DNA of 64,000 nucleotides from a virus (IMGVR_UViG_2974752881_000001:3360-67359); one strand, 5' to 3'. Positions 8,754 through 19,104 are shown, numbered from the stretch's first letter. Notes: a model not told the origin generated them from the letters alone. Numbers and translations: made by a program.

Positions 8754-8936
8754 ATGGCCAAGACACGACGGCGCGGCGGGTCGCTGAACACCCGGAAGAA
8801 GGGCAAGGCGAAGAACGGGGCCAAGTGGGGCCACGGCTTCGTGCCGAAGAACGCCGCCGCGCGCAAGCTGAAGAAGAAGCTCGACCGAAACGGTAAGCGC
8901 CGCAAGCGAACCTCGCAGGGGTACCCGAAGCGATGA
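8754..8936 (+). CDS. 60-aa extremely basic protein, probably leaderless
   Basis: K/R-rich; TACAAT at 8742-8747, 6 nt before ATG. Confidence 0.75.
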   Translation: MAKTRRRGGSLNTRKKGKAKNGAKWGHGFVPKNAAARKLKKKLDRNGKRRKRTSQGYPKR

Positions 8937-9400
8937 AGCGCTCCACGCGGCCCGACGGCCTGCTGGAGTGGTTCACCGTTCACTCTCCCCGGGCCGAGTT
9001 CGAGGACGGCTGGGTCCTCCCCCAGCACTGGTTTCGGGTGAACCTCTACGAGACCACCGCGCACCTGCGTGAGTACCGGCGGCGCATGGTCGCCAACATC
9101 ACCGGCGAGAAGAACGCCGGAGCTGGGGTGATCTGGCACCGCGACGAGATCCCGCCGAACGGCTTCCTCGGCACGCTGATCGTCACCCAGGACTGGCTCT
9201 CGGACCGTGTCCTCATCCACGAGAGCGTCCACCTGGCCACCCGAGCGCTGAAGGGGCACATCGGCTCCCAGCGACCGACGCTGAGCAACGGGGTGGTCGG
9301 CGTTCGGAACGAGGAGGTCTTGGCCTACCTCACCGACGGGATCGCCACGGCGCTGACGAAAGAGCTGAAGCCGTTCTACAGCGCGGAGGAGCCGAAGTGA
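8933..9400 (+). CDS. putative zincin-like metallopeptidase
   Basis: VLIHESVHLA (HExxH) plus downstream NEEVLAY glutamate. Confidence 0.6.
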   Translation: MKRSTRPDGLLEWFTVHSPRAEFEDGWVLPQHWFRVNLYETTAHLREYRRRMVANITGEKNAGAGVIWHRDEIPPNGFLGTLIVTQDWLSDRVLIHESVHLATRALKGHIGSQRPTLSNGVVGVRNEEVLAYLTDGIATALTKELKPFYSAEEPK

Positions 9401-9828
9401 CCGGCCGGGCCCCGAAGCTCTGCTCCTGGCGAGACCCAGAGAACATGTCGCGCAAGTGCTCTCGGCGGGCCGAGGAAGCGCCGAACGGGGATGACTTCCG
9501 ATGCAAGGAGCACTGGCGCAAGTCCTTCGGCGTCAAGGTGCCGACCCGCGACCGGCCGCTGACCGAGGACGAGAAGAACTTCGTGCGCGAGCGCGACTTC
9601 CACGTCTGCCGCGAATGCGGGGAGCCCGCGCACCAGGTCGACCACATCGTCGAACGCATCGACGGCGGGGGCAACGAACCGTCGAATCTCCAGCTCTTGT
9701 GCGACGCCTGCCACGCCGACAAGACGCGCAACTCGCAGGAGGAGTGGCGACCGGGAATCCGCCGCGGCACTTCGTCGCGAGCGCAGGTGAAACGCAAGGC
9801 CAGAGCCGCGGGGCTCTACATGCAGTGA
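9397..9828 (+). CDS. HNH endonuclease (packaging-associated position)
   Basis: CRECGEPAHQVDHIVERIDGGGNEPSNLQLLCDACHADKT; directly upstream of terminase. Confidence 0.9.
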   Translation: MTGRAPKLCSWRDPENMSRKCSRRAEEAPNGDDFRCKEHWRKSFGVKVPTRDRPLTEDEKNFVRERDFHVCRECGEPAHQVDHIVERIDGGGNEPSNLQLLCDACHADKTRNSQEEWRPGIRRGTSSRAQVKRKARAAGLYMQ

Positions 9829-9834
9829 AGGAGA

Positions 9835-9886
9835 CTTGAATTGTCGGGGAGGCAATTCAAGGAAAACGGGTTTCGCTTTAAAAGCG
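9835..9886. other. AT-rich hairpin plus palindrome between HNH and terminase
   Basis: CTTGAATTGTC-GGGGA-GGCAATTCAAG and CGCTTT-A-AAAGCG. Confidence 0.6.
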
Positions 9887-9908
9887 CAGGTCAGGGGAGG
9901 AGAGAACG

Positions 9909-11588
9909 ATGCTGATCGAATACCCGGCGGCCGAGAACGACGACATCGAGTTCCCGACCCTCGGGCCGCAGGTCGCGGCGTTCATCGAGGACCGCTTCAA
10001 GTTCGGTCCGGGCTCGCTCCAAGGACAACCGGCGCGGCTGTCCGACGACCAGCTCACCGTGCTCTACCGGGCCTACGAGTACTACCCCGAGGGGTACACG
10101 CTCTACGGCATCGACATGTCCGGCCGCCGCCGCTTCCAGCGGGTGAGCTGGTCGGTGCGCAAGGGTTCAGCGAAGACCGAGTTCCTCGCCTGGGTGACCG
10201 GTTGCGAGCTGCACCCCGACGCGCCGGTGCGATTCACCGCGTACGACCCCGAGGCCGAAGGTGGACTCGCCCCCGGACGCGCGGTCAACAACCCCTACAT
10301 CCCTCTCCTGGCCTACACCAAGGATCAGACCGAGGAGCTGGCGTTCGGAGCGCTCCGCTCGATCCTGGAGACCACCGAGGATGCCGACAAGATCTTCGAC
10401 ATCGGCAAGCAGCGCATCCTTCGGCTCAACGAGTTCGGCGCCGAGGACGGCAAGTGCCACGCGCTGGCCGGTAACCCGAACTCCGCCGACGGCGCGCGCA
10501 CCACCTTCCAGGGTCTCGACGAGACACACCGCCTCTACACCGAGACCCACCGCGACGCCATCGAGACCATGCTCAACAACCTGCCGAAGCGACCGATGGA
10601 GGACGCCTGGCAGCTCGCGATCACTACGGCGGGAGAGCCAGGGCAGGGGTCCTACGCCGAGGACGAGTACCGCGAGGGGAAGGCCTGCGCCGAGGGCAAG
10701 AAGAAGTCGGAGGGGTTCTACTTCCTGCACCGACAGGCGCCGGACAACTCGAAGTTCGACACCATGGAGCAGCGCATGGCCGCCATCTGGGAGGCCACCA
10801 GCCCCTCGGTGCGCGAGTGGTCGCGGCTCGATGCCATCGCGGCCAACTGGGATCGCGAGGGAGCCGACAAGCAGTACCTGGAGCGGGTGTGGACCAACCG
10901 CTGGACCCAGACCGCGGCGCAGGCCTTCGACCGCAACGAGTTCGAGGCCCTCGGCGACCCCCGATTCACGATCCCGGATGGCTCATTCGTGACCGTTGGA
11001 TTCGACGGCGCCAAGTTCAACGACTCGGTCGGGTTCGTCGTCACCGACATCCGGACCGGGAAGCAGAACGTCCTCGGATTCTGGGAGCGGCCGGACGACT
11101 CGGTGATCGGGAAGAACGAGGACGGATCGAAGAAGAAGTGGCAGGTCTCCGAGGCCGAGGTCAACGCCAAGTTCGACGAGATCATGCGTCGGTTCAAGGT
11201 GTGGCGGCTCTACGGCGACCCGCCGCACTGGGTCGAGTCGATGAGCAACTGGCACGCCAAGTACCCCGACCAGGTCTTCGAGTTCTGGACCAAAGACCCG
11301 ACCCGGATGTACTACGCGGTGAAGGGCTACATCAGCGCGATTCGCAGCGGCGCAGTGTCCCACGACGGCGACCCAGACTTCGTGCGGCACATCGGAAATA
11401 CGGGCAAGCGCGCCACCCGCGGGGTCGACGAGGACGGCCAGCCGAGGTTCGTGTTGACGAAGATCGCCTACGAACGCAAGTTCGACCTCGCCGTCGCCGC
11501 GGTTCTATCGTGGGAGGCGCGCATGGACGCGATCAACGAGGGGGCCCAACCGCCGGAGGAGGCCACCGAGATCATCCGAGTCCGGTAG
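9909..11588 (+). CDS. terL: terminase large subunit
   Basis: Walker A VRKGSAKTE, Walker B GLDETH, ITTAG coupling motif, nuclease GFDGA...KFDLAVAAV. Confidence 0.95.
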   Translation: MLIEYPAAENDDIEFPTLGPQVAAFIEDRFKFGPGSLQGQPARLSDDQLTVLYRAYEYYPEGYTLYGIDMSGRRRFQRVSWSVRKGSAKTEFLAWVTGCELHPDAPVRFTAYDPEAEGGLAPGRAVNNPYIPLLAYTKDQTEELAFGALRSILETTEDADKIFDIGKQRILRLNEFGAEDGKCHALAGNPNSADGARTTFQGLDETHRLYTETHRDAIETMLNNLPKRPMEDAWQLAITTAGEPGQGSYAEDEYREGKACAEGKKKSEGFYFLHRQAPDNSKFDTMEQRMAAIWEATSPSVREWSRLDAIAANWDREGADKQYLERVWTNRWTQTAAQAFDRNEFEALGDPRFTIPDGSFVTVGFDGAKFNDSVGFVVTDIRTGKQNVLGFWERPDDSVIGKNEDGSKKKWQVSEAEVNAKFDEIMRRFKVWRLYGDPPHWVESMSNWHAKYPDQVFEFWTKDPTRMYYAVKGYISAIRSGAVSHDGDPDFVRHIGNTGKRATRGVDEDGQPRFVLTKIAYERKFDLAVAAVLSWEARMDAINEGAQPPEEATEIIRVR

Positions 11589-11630
11589 CAGGGCTGTTAC
11601 AGTGAGCGGAATCGACGAGGGAGACACTCG

Positions 11631-13214
11631 GTGAAGGTCGTGAAGTACGGCGACGCGGTCAAGGCCGCGCGTCCCGGCGATGCCGAGGACCCCTCGAACG
11701 ACTGGTTCCTGATCTACATGCTGAAGGAGCTCTACTCCGCTCACCCCGAGTTCAAGCGGCTGAACCGCTACGTCGACGGTGACCCGCCGAAGCCGGAGAC
11801 GCCGTCGAGCACCGAGGACTCGTGGAAGGAGTTCGAGGTCTTCCGAAAGAAGTCCCGGACCAACCTCGCCGAGCAGATCATCGGGGCCTGCACTGATCGC
11901 ACCACCGTCCAGGGGTTCCGCACCGCCGCCGACTACGACACCGATGGCGACAAGAAGGCCCGCGAACTGTGGGACGCCAACGACATGGATGTCAAGGGCG
12001 ACAAGGCAATCTCGGACAGCTACACCTTCGGCAAGGGGTACCTCCTGGCCGACCCGATCACGAAGAAGGCCCGGCACTACCTCCCCTCGCAGGCCCTCGT
12101 GATCAACGACGTCGCCGAGGAGCCCCGCGCCGGACTCTGCATCGAGCACCGACCCACCGAGGGCCGCGACTACGCCTTCCTCTACCTGCGCGACGTCGAC
12201 CAGAACGGGCTCGGGACCGGGCCGGTCAGCATCCACATCGCCGTCCGCGACCGCGATGCCCGCGGGAGGGTCGGCGCTCTCGGCGGGAACTTCGAGCGCG
12301 AGATCCCGGTCACCACCTACCTCACCCAGCGGTGGACGTGGTGGAAGACCGTCGAGACTGGCCTCACCATGATCCCGCTCGTCGACTTCCCGAACCGGGA
12401 CGAGTGCGGCGAGTTCAAGAAGCACACCGACATCCTGGACCGGATCAACCACATGATCCTCCAGCGCGTGGTCATCGCGACCATGCAGGCCTTCAAGCAG
12501 CGTGCGATCAAGGGCAAGTTCCCGAAGTACGACAAAGACGGCAAAGAGATTGACTACGACAAGATGTTCCCGTCGGACCCCAACGCGCTCTGGCTTCTCC
12601 CCGAGGACGCCGAGATCTGGGAGTCGGGGCAGACGTCGATCCAGGACATCCTCTCGGCGGTCAAGGACGACGTGCGCGACCTCGCCTCGGTCACCCGGAC
12701 CCCGATGAACTACTTCTCGTCCGACGCGGCGAATCAGTCGGCGACCGGCTCTGAGCTCCAGAACGACAGCTACCTACTGAAGATCCGAGATCGCAAGACG
12801 CGCATGTCCGCGCGCTGGCGCCGGTTCATGTCGCTGATGTTCGAGATCAACGGCGACACCGAGCGGGCCAATATCGAGAAGCTCGCCGTCATCTGGATGC
12901 CGAGCGACAACGTCTCGATCACCGACCGCTACAGCGCGGCCAGCCAGGCCAAGGCGCTCGGGATGCCGCTCCGCACGATCATGCGCGAGGTGCTCAACTT
13001 CGACCCCGAGACGATCGAGGTCACGGAGCTGGAGATGATCTCCGAGACGTTGAAGAACGCCATCCGCACCCCGGCCGCCGGTGAGACCTCCGGCGCCAAT
13101 CCCGCACAGCAGACGCCTCTCCAGCAGCGCGCCGCGAGCGCGACGGCTCTGGCGTCCAGCAATGGCGCCACGAGCCGGGCCACCGGTGCCACCGCGGGCC
13201 GGAGCGGCCAGTGA
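11631..13214 (+). CDS. portal protein
   Basis: 527 aa after terL; SPP1 gp6-like actinophage portal features (LDRINHMILQR, ANQSATG). Confidence 0.92.
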   Translation: MKVVKYGDAVKAARPGDAEDPSNDWFLIYMLKELYSAHPEFKRLNRYVDGDPPKPETPSSTEDSWKEFEVFRKKSRTNLAEQIIGACTDRTTVQGFRTAADYDTDGDKKARELWDANDMDVKGDKAISDSYTFGKGYLLADPITKKARHYLPSQALVINDVAEEPRAGLCIEHRPTEGRDYAFLYLRDVDQNGLGTGPVSIHIAVRDRDARGRVGALGGNFEREIPVTTYLTQRWTWWKTVETGLTMIPLVDFPNRDECGEFKKHTDILDRINHMILQRVVIATMQAFKQRAIKGKFPKYDKDGKEIDYDKMFPSDPNALWLLPEDAEIWESGQTSIQDILSAVKDDVRDLASVTRTPMNYFSSDAANQSATGSELQNDSYLLKIRDRKTRMSARWRRFMSLMFEINGDTERANIEKLAVIWMPSDNVSITDRYSAASQAKALGMPLRTIMREVLNFDPETIEVTELEMISETLKNAIRTPAAGETSGANPAQQTPLQQRAASATALASSNGATSRATGATAGRSGQ

Positions 13215-14638
13215 CCACCCCGGGAGCCCTCGCGCCGCGTCCGGCGCTGATCGACGTGCCGCCGGTGCCGCCGGACCAGATGACGGCCGAGGAGCAGGAG
13301 CAGTGGACCGTGGCGCAGGTCGCTGCGATCACCCTGGCCGCCGCCGAGGCTCGCTCCGCGGTGACGACCAACGTCGTGCTCCAGCTCGTGCCGATGCTGC
13401 GAATGATCAACCCCTACAACGAGACTGCCGTCACCCGGTTCGCCGAGGAAGCCGCGCAGCTCGTCGGCATGGGAATCTCGGAGGTTGGCCGTATCGCCTG
13501 GTCGGCCGTCTCGGCGCGACTCTCCGCACAGGGACACACCCTCCGCGGGGACTACGTCCCACCGGCCGACGGCCGGACGACCGACCTCGCGGTGGCCTAC
13601 AAGCGCGTGGCCGCCGACTACCGGCGCCGTGTGGCCGCCGGTCCCGAGTCGATCCGCGCGACGATCGCACAGGCCGAGGAAGAGCGCTTCCAGGCCATCG
13701 GCGGAGCGGTGGTGGCTGACAGCAGACGAGGGGAGTCGAATGCCGAAGTCAAAGGCACGTCGCGGACACCGGGCAAAGGTGGCGGCGCGCAATCGGGCTC
13801 TGGATCGGGAAGCGGTGGAGGCTCAGGTCGAGCCGGAGGTTCTAGCGGCGGCGCCGATGCATCTTCGTCTGAAGGCGCGTCGGGCAGTCGAGGAGGATCG
13901 TCGGCAGCGAAGGGTTCGTCGTCGCGCTCGGGAGCGGGAGGCGCAGGCCAAACCCGCAAAGCGGCCTCTGATCGAGCCGTCAACGACGGACCGGACGATT
14001 GGTCCGCTGAAGATGCCGTCGACGCCGCTGAGCGTGCAGCGCGAGCGGCCGAAGACGCCGAGGCCGATGAGGCTGAGCGACTCGAAGCAGAGCTTCGCCG
14101 TGAAGCGGCCCTGAGCGAAGAAGAGCAGCGGGTCCTGCTCGACCAGGTTGCGCAGCAGGAGATGGAGATCCGGCTGGAGCGCATGGTCAACGACGACCTC
14201 GGGATGGCGAACCGATCGGCGTTTCGCAACGCTGTGGCGGCTGCCGCGCCGGGAGTGATCACCGGCTACCGGCGGGTGCTGCACCCCGAGCTGGCGACGT
14301 CGGGCCAGTCGTGCGGCCTCTGCATCGCGGCGTCGACCCGGGTCTACAAGAAGAAGGATCTGATGCCGTTGCACAACCTGTGCAACTGCGAGCCGGTCGA
14401 GATCGTCGCTGGCCGGGATGTCGGGCAGCAGATCAACGACGAGGATCTGGATACACTCTACGGAGCTGCCGGGGACTCGACGGACCGGCAGAACCTGTCG
14501 AACACGAAGTGGAAGGTGTTCGATCACCCGGAGCTCGGACCGGTCCTCCGGTCGGTGCCCCGGAGCAAGAAGAGCAAGCCCGAGGACATCACCTTCAGTT
14601 CGCGGGAGTCAGCAAACGACCGGGGAGGTCAATCATGA
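13211..14638 (+). CDS. capsid maturation protease / MuF-like head morphogenesis protein
   Basis: GYRRVLHPE...CGLCIAASTRVY...PLHNLCNC; between portal and scaffold; internal Gly/Ser low-complexity insert. Confidence 0.8.
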   Translation: MTTPGALAPRPALIDVPPVPPDQMTAEEQEQWTVAQVAAITLAAAEARSAVTTNVVLQLVPMLRMINPYNETAVTRFAEEAAQLVGMGISEVGRIAWSAVSARLSAQGHTLRGDYVPPADGRTTDLAVAYKRVAADYRRRVAAGPESIRATIAQAEEERFQAIGGAVVADSRRGESNAEVKGTSRTPGKGGGAQSGSGSGSGGGSGRAGGSSGGADASSSEGASGSRGGSSAAKGSSSRSGAGGAGQTRKAASDRAVNDGPDDWSAEDAVDAAERAARAAEDAEADEAERLEAELRREAALSEEEQRVLLDQVAQQEMEIRLERMVNDDLGMANRSAFRNAVAAAAPGVITGYRRVLHPELATSGQSCGLCIAASTRVYKKKDLMPLHNLCNCEPVEIVAGRDVGQQINDEDLDTLYGAAGDSTDRQNLSNTKWKVFDHPELGPVLRSVPRSKKSKPEDITFSSRESANDRGGQS

Positions 14639-15321
14639 AGCACATCACCAGGACTCGCGCCATCGCCGCTGCGATGCCCCTCGACGGCGGGCTGCCGTTC
14701 ACAGGCCGCCCCCTGCGCGCCGGTCGCGCGATTCCGCGCCGCGACCCCAACGGCCACGAGAACGGGGGCGGGGGTGGAGGCAACGAGAACGACGGTGGCA
14801 ACGAGAACGACGAGAGCAAGAACAAGTCGGGCGAGAACGACGAGAACAAGCCCGAGCCCAAGCCCATCGACGTCACGAAGTCGAAAGAGTACAAGGCCGA
14901 GAAGAAGCGCGCCGACGACCTCCAGGCCCGGATCGAGGAGCTGGAGCGCAAGGGGATGTCGGAGGACGAGGCAGCTCGCGCCGACGAGATCAAGAACAAG
15001 GTCTCGGCTGCCGTCTCCGAGAAGGAGACCGAGCTGACCGACCACTACGAGGAGCGGATCTCCGGTCTCCAGACCCAGATCATCGACTCGGTCATCGACG
15101 GGATCTTCGAGGCGAGCCCGCTGAAGAAGAAGGATTTCGACGACGTCATCGCGACTTTGGACACCAGCAGGTTCATCAATGATGATGGGTCTGTCGACCG
15201 GGAGAAGATCAAGAAGGTCCTGACCCCGATCACCGGCGCTGCGACCTCGCGGCCCCCGCGCACCTCCACGAGCGCGCGAGCCTCGAACCGCGGCTTCGGC
15301 CGATACCTCGACCAAGACTGA
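14635..15321 (+). CDS. scaffolding protein
   Basis: ATGA overlap; acidic coiled-coil; position. Confidence 0.85.
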   Translation: MKHITRTRAIAAAMPLDGGLPFTGRPLRAGRAIPRRDPNGHENGGGGGGNENDGGNENDESKNKSGENDENKPEPKPIDVTKSKEYKAEKKRADDLQARIEELERKGMSEDEAARADEIKNKVSAAVSEKETELTDHYEERISGLQTQIIDSVIDGIFEASPLKKKDFDDVIATLDTSRFINDDGSVDREKIKKVLTPITGAATSRPPRTSTSARASNRGFGRYLDQD

Positions 15322-15336
15322 CAGAAGGAGCGACCC

Positions 15337-15756
15337 ATGCCCGGTCTTGTCCCCCAGCGGACGACCAATTTCAACATCCGGGATCACACCTGGATGGCGT
15401 CCGCCGACGGCCTGGAGTACGCGCAGAGCGCCACCCTCCACGCTGCCAGCCTGAAGGCCGCGGGGACCCACCGCGAGCAGAACTGGGTCAAGGGTGGCAC
15501 GCCTCTCGGCGAGATCACCGCCAACGGCGCGACCAAGGGTCAGTACGGTCTGTACGATCCCACGGCCACCGACGGTCGGCAGAAGCACGTCGCCTTCCTC
15601 GTCGACGCCAAGCAGCTCGTCGACCCGGTCACCGGCCAGGACAACGTCCCGCTCTCCGGCGCCATCATCAAGCGCGGTCAGATCATCGTCAACCGACTGC
15701 CGGTGGCGTTCGACAAGACCGACGCCGACGTCAGCCCCCATTTCATCTACCGGTAA
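15337..15756 (+). CDS. head decoration protein (lambda gpD-like position)
   Basis: 139 aa between scaffold and MCP; GTPLG...GQYGLYD...DGRQ. Confidence 0.8.
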   Translation: MPGLVPQRTTNFNIRDHTWMASADGLEYAQSATLHAASLKAAGTHREQNWVKGGTPLGEITANGATKGQYGLYDPTATDGRQKHVAFLVDAKQLVDPVTGQDNVPLSGAIIKRGQIIVNRLPVAFDKTDADVSPHFIYR

Positions 15757-15796
15757 TCGGTCTTCCGACTACCCCTTCACCAGATAGGAGTGGGCG

Positions 15797-16858
15797 ATGC
15801 CCATCAATCGCGATTTCATCGAACCGGCCGAGATCACGAACCAGGTTCGAGTCGCGCTGGCTGACCAGGACATCAACGGGCCCAACACGCTCGCGGAGTT
15901 CCTGCCGTCGGAGACCCTCGACGACATCGAGTACGCCGCGGACGAGGGCCAGGGTGGCCTGATCGAGGCCGCGATGTACCGCGCGTTCGACGCCGAGCTG
16001 CCGATCGCCAACGACGAGGCGCTCGGTCAGATGCGCGGTCGCATCCACCCGCTGGGCCAGAAGATCCCCCTCCTGGAGGAGGATCGGATTCGCCTCCGCG
16101 CCGGTGCCGAGGACGGCCTGCGTGCCTACATCGACCGGGTGTCGCGCCGTATCGCGCGTGCCGTCGCGCTTCAGATCAACCTGAAGCGGGCCGAGGCGCT
16201 GGCCCACGGCAAGCTGACCTTCGTCGGCAACAACCAGGACTTCGAGGTGCCGTTCGGCCGCCGCGCGGACTTCACCACCACCGCGGCCGAGCTGTTCACC
16301 GATCCCAACTCCGACCCCATCGAGTACCTCTCGGACCTCAACGAGCTGTACCTCGACGAGAACGGCTTCGAGATCGGCACCCTTCTCACCTCGACCCAGG
16401 TCCGAGCGGCGTTCTACCGCCACCCGAAGGTCGTCAACGCGGCCATGGGTCGCGACGCCGCCACCTACGGCCAGCTCGCTCCCGACGCCAACGTCGCGGC
16501 GCTGCTCCAGCAGCACAACCTCCCCGGCTTCACGGTCAAGGGTGGTCGCGTCAAGGTGCGCGAGCTGGACGGCTCGACCACGATCAAGGATCTCCTCCCG
16601 CGGGACTCGATCATCGCCCTCCCTGGCGCTGGCGACCCTGCCGTCGCGGGCTCGTCCGAGCTCGGCTCCACCTACTGGGGCAAGACGATCGAGGCCGACA
16701 AGCCGGAGTGGGGTCTCGACCCCGAGGAAGGCCCGGGTATCGTCGCTGCCGTCCACGACAACGACGACGTCCCGTCGCGGATGTGGGTTTCGGCTCACGC
16801 CATCGCGATGCCGGTCCTGATCAACCCGAACTACTCGCTTCGGGCCAAGGTGATCTGA
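15797..16858 (+). CDS. major capsid protein (lambda gpE-like family)
   Basis: 353 aa, strongly biased codons, position. Confidence 0.92.
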   Translation: MPINRDFIEPAEITNQVRVALADQDINGPNTLAEFLPSETLDDIEYAADEGQGGLIEAAMYRAFDAELPIANDEALGQMRGRIHPLGQKIPLLEEDRIRLRAGAEDGLRAYIDRVSRRIARAVALQINLKRAEALAHGKLTFVGNNQDFEVPFGRRADFTTTAAELFTDPNSDPIEYLSDLNELYLDENGFEIGTLLTSTQVRAAFYRHPKVVNAAMGRDAATYGQLAPDANVAALLQQHNLPGFTVKGGRVKVRELDGSTTIKDLLPRDSIIALPGAGDPAVAGSSELGSTYWGKTIEADKPEWGLDPEEGPGIVAAVHDNDDVPSRMWVSAHAIAMPVLINPNYSLRAKVI

Positions 16859-16859
16859 G

Positions 16860-17321
16860 ATGGCCGGGAAGCTCGTCACTCACGTGATGCTTCGGGAGCC
16901 GGGCGCGACCACCGTGTCGACGTTCGGCCCCGGAGACAAGCTGCCCGACTGGGCCCTGAAGCAGGTCGAGGGCAAGGACCACCTCTTCGAGAAGCTGGAC
17001 CTGGCAGAGCAGCTCCGCTCGGTCAGCCAGCCCCCTCCGGCCAAGCGCGGCGGCGAGAAGGACTACGCCGAGGGCATCGGTCCCGGCCGCGAGCCTGCCG
17101 CCAGCGAGCAGGGTCAGTCCCAGCTCGTGCCGGTCGACTCCGACGAACGCCAGACCGGCGGCGAGAACGCCGACGGCAAGCCGGAGCAGCCGAAGGGCAA
17201 CGCCTCTCGCGAGGCGTGGGAGCTGTTCGCCACCCACGACGACATCGGGGTGCCGGTCACTCCGGATATGGGTCGCGACGACATCCGTGACGCCTGCATC
17301 GAGGCCGGGGTCGCGGAGTAA
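16860..17321 (+). CDS. head-associated hypothetical protein
   Basis: directly after MCP; C-terminal PKGNASREAW...MGRDDIR small helical domain. Confidence 0.75.
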   Translation: MAGKLVTHVMLREPGATTVSTFGPGDKLPDWALKQVEGKDHLFEKLDLAEQLRSVSQPPPAKRGGEKDYAEGIGPGREPAASEQGQSQLVPVDSDERQTGGENADGKPEQPKGNASREAWELFATHDDIGVPVTPDMGRDDIRDACIEAGVAE

Positions 17322-17365
17322 GACGAACAGGAGAGGCCCGCACCAGGAAATCAGGGAGGATCGAC

Positions 17366-17824
17366 ATGCTCGCCACGTTTGAACACGTGCAGAGCGGCTT
17401 CGAGAAGCCGATCCCCTCCTCACTGAAGCCGAAGGTGGAGGTGTTCCTGGGGCGGGCCTCTCGTCGTCTCTCCATGATCGTCGGAGAGACCAAGCTCAAC
17501 GCGGCGATCGAGAAGGCTCTCGCCGCCAGCGACTACGACCCCGAGAGCCCCGAGGACGACGACAACATCGTCCCGGCGGTGGTCGGCTTCGCTCGGGACA
17601 TGATCGTCCAGGCCGCCGAGGCGAAGCTGCGTAATTTCTCCGGCTTCAGCTCCGAGTCCGCGGGCGTGTTCTCGGTGACCCGAGACGACTACTGGGCCAA
17701 GGGCCGCATCGTGTTCGACCCCGAGGATCTCGCGCTGCTCCGCGGCGCCATCGACGAGACCTTCGACGAGGTCGCCGTCGGTCCGATCCACAGCATGATC
17801 CCTGGCCATCGGTGGCCCCGATGA
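17366..17824 (+). CDS. head-to-tail adaptor
   Basis: position and size; SD AGGGAGGA. Confidence 0.75.
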   Translation: MLATFEHVQSGFEKPIPSSLKPKVEVFLGRASRRLSMIVGETKLNAAIEKALAASDYDPESPEDDDNIVPAVVGFARDMIVQAAEAKLRNFSGFSSESAGVFSVTRDDYWAKGRIVFDPEDLALLRGAIDETFDEVAVGPIHSMIPGHRWPR

Positions 17825-18219
17825 TTGGGATCAACGCCTGGATCGGCGGGTTCGACATCGAGGTGTGGTCGGTCGCCGGGGAGAAGGATTCGTGGGGCAA
17901 CAAGAAGCCCGCCACGAAAGTGCTGACACTGGAGAGCGTCCCCTTCGTCCCCCGCACCACCACTGTGGCGACCAACGACAGCTTCCGCGAGCGGATCGAG
18001 AGCGGGTACACCGCATGGCTATCCGCCGAGGACATCGGAAAGCTGCGCGAGGACTACGAGTTTCGCGTGACCTTCCCGTCCGGCCAACGGGCCGCCTACG
18101 CGCTCGACGGGTCGCTCGAAGGCCTCATGTGGAGCATGAACCCCCTCTCCAGCATCGACCTCGGCAACGAGGTCAACTTCAAGTTCCTCCGCCGGATCGG
18201 TGACCGCGGTGGCGAATAG
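17821..18219 (+). CDS. head-to-tail stopper
   Basis: ATGA overlap; beta-rich; position. Confidence 0.7.
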   Translation: MIGINAWIGGFDIEVWSVAGEKDSWGNKKPATKVLTLESVPFVPRTTTVATNDSFRERIESGYTAWLSAEDIGKLREDYEFRVTFPSGQRAAYALDGSLEGLMWSMNPLSSIDLGNEVNFKFLRRIGDRGGE

Positions 18220-18562
18220 ATCTCGGCTCTTCCGCACCGGATACGAGGAGAACATCAAGGGCTTCGGCCAGCTTCTCCGCAAGTCCAAGCCGCTCGACCG
18301 CGCACTGCGCTACGAGGCCGTGCAGATCGCATGGCACTTCCGCAACCGTGCCGGTCGTGGCCGCGGGCCAGGACCGCACTCCGCCGACCAGGTGAAAGTG
18401 TTCAAGCGGGTGCCCGGCGGTCGGAAGAAGGACCGCATGGAGATGATGGTCGTCGCCTATGGCCAGAAGAACATGAAGAACGCCTCGAAGACGTTGCGCG
18501 AGGGACTGATCAAGGAGTCGGGAGGTCGGAAGATCTCTCGGCGGGGGAGGGTATCAGCATGA
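18200..18562 (+). CDS. neck/tail-completion basic protein (HK97 gp10-like position)
   Basis: position; basic composition. Confidence 0.65.
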   Translation: MTAVANRSRLFRTGYEENIKGFGQLLRKSKPLDRALRYEAVQIAWHFRNRAGRGRGPGPHSADQVKVFKRVPGGRKKDRMEMMVVAYGQKNMKNASKTLREGLIKESGGRKISRRGRVSA

Positions 18563-19074
18563 CCTGGACACAGCCGACGCTCGACCAACTGGTCGCCGAC
18601 GCCAAGGAGAAGTTCCCGGGCTTCAACAGCGACTTTCCCGACGGTATCACCTACCCCGACATCGAGATGCTCTTCGGCTCGGTGCTGCGTCCCCTGGTCG
18701 AGAAGGACAGCCACATCGGCAACTTCGTGATCTCGGACTACGACCAGGACAAGATCGACGAAGTCACCGGTCAGGTGATCGAGACACCCTTCATCGAGAT
18801 CCACCGCCGCGGGGGTGAGTACGATCCCGACGACTTTTCGTACTCCCCGAATGTGGAGGTACTGTTCTGGGGTAAGTCGAGGGACATGGCCAACGGCACC
18901 GCCAACCTGGCGACGATCCTGCTGCTCGGGTGCAGTGGTGCCGAGGTTGACGGGGTCTACCTTGACTTCGTCGAGGACTCCACCGGCGACGAAGAGGTCC
19001 GGCAGAACAACTTCGATGACCGTTGCGTGACAAGGCAATTCAGGACCGGATACCGACCCATCTACCCCGATTGA
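18559..19074 (+). CDS. tail terminator
   Basis: ATGA overlap; PFIEIHRRGG; directly before major tail. Confidence 0.75.
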   Translation: MTWTQPTLDQLVADAKEKFPGFNSDFPDGITYPDIEMLFGSVLRPLVEKDSHIGNFVISDYDQDKIDEVTGQVIETPFIEIHRRGGEYDPDDFSYSPNVEVLFWGKSRDMANGTANLATILLLGCSGAEVDGVYLDFVEDSTGDEEVRQNNFDDRCVTRQFRTGYRPIYPD

Positions 19075-19104
19075 CTCGGGACGAGAGAGATAGGAGCAAG
19101 GCTG

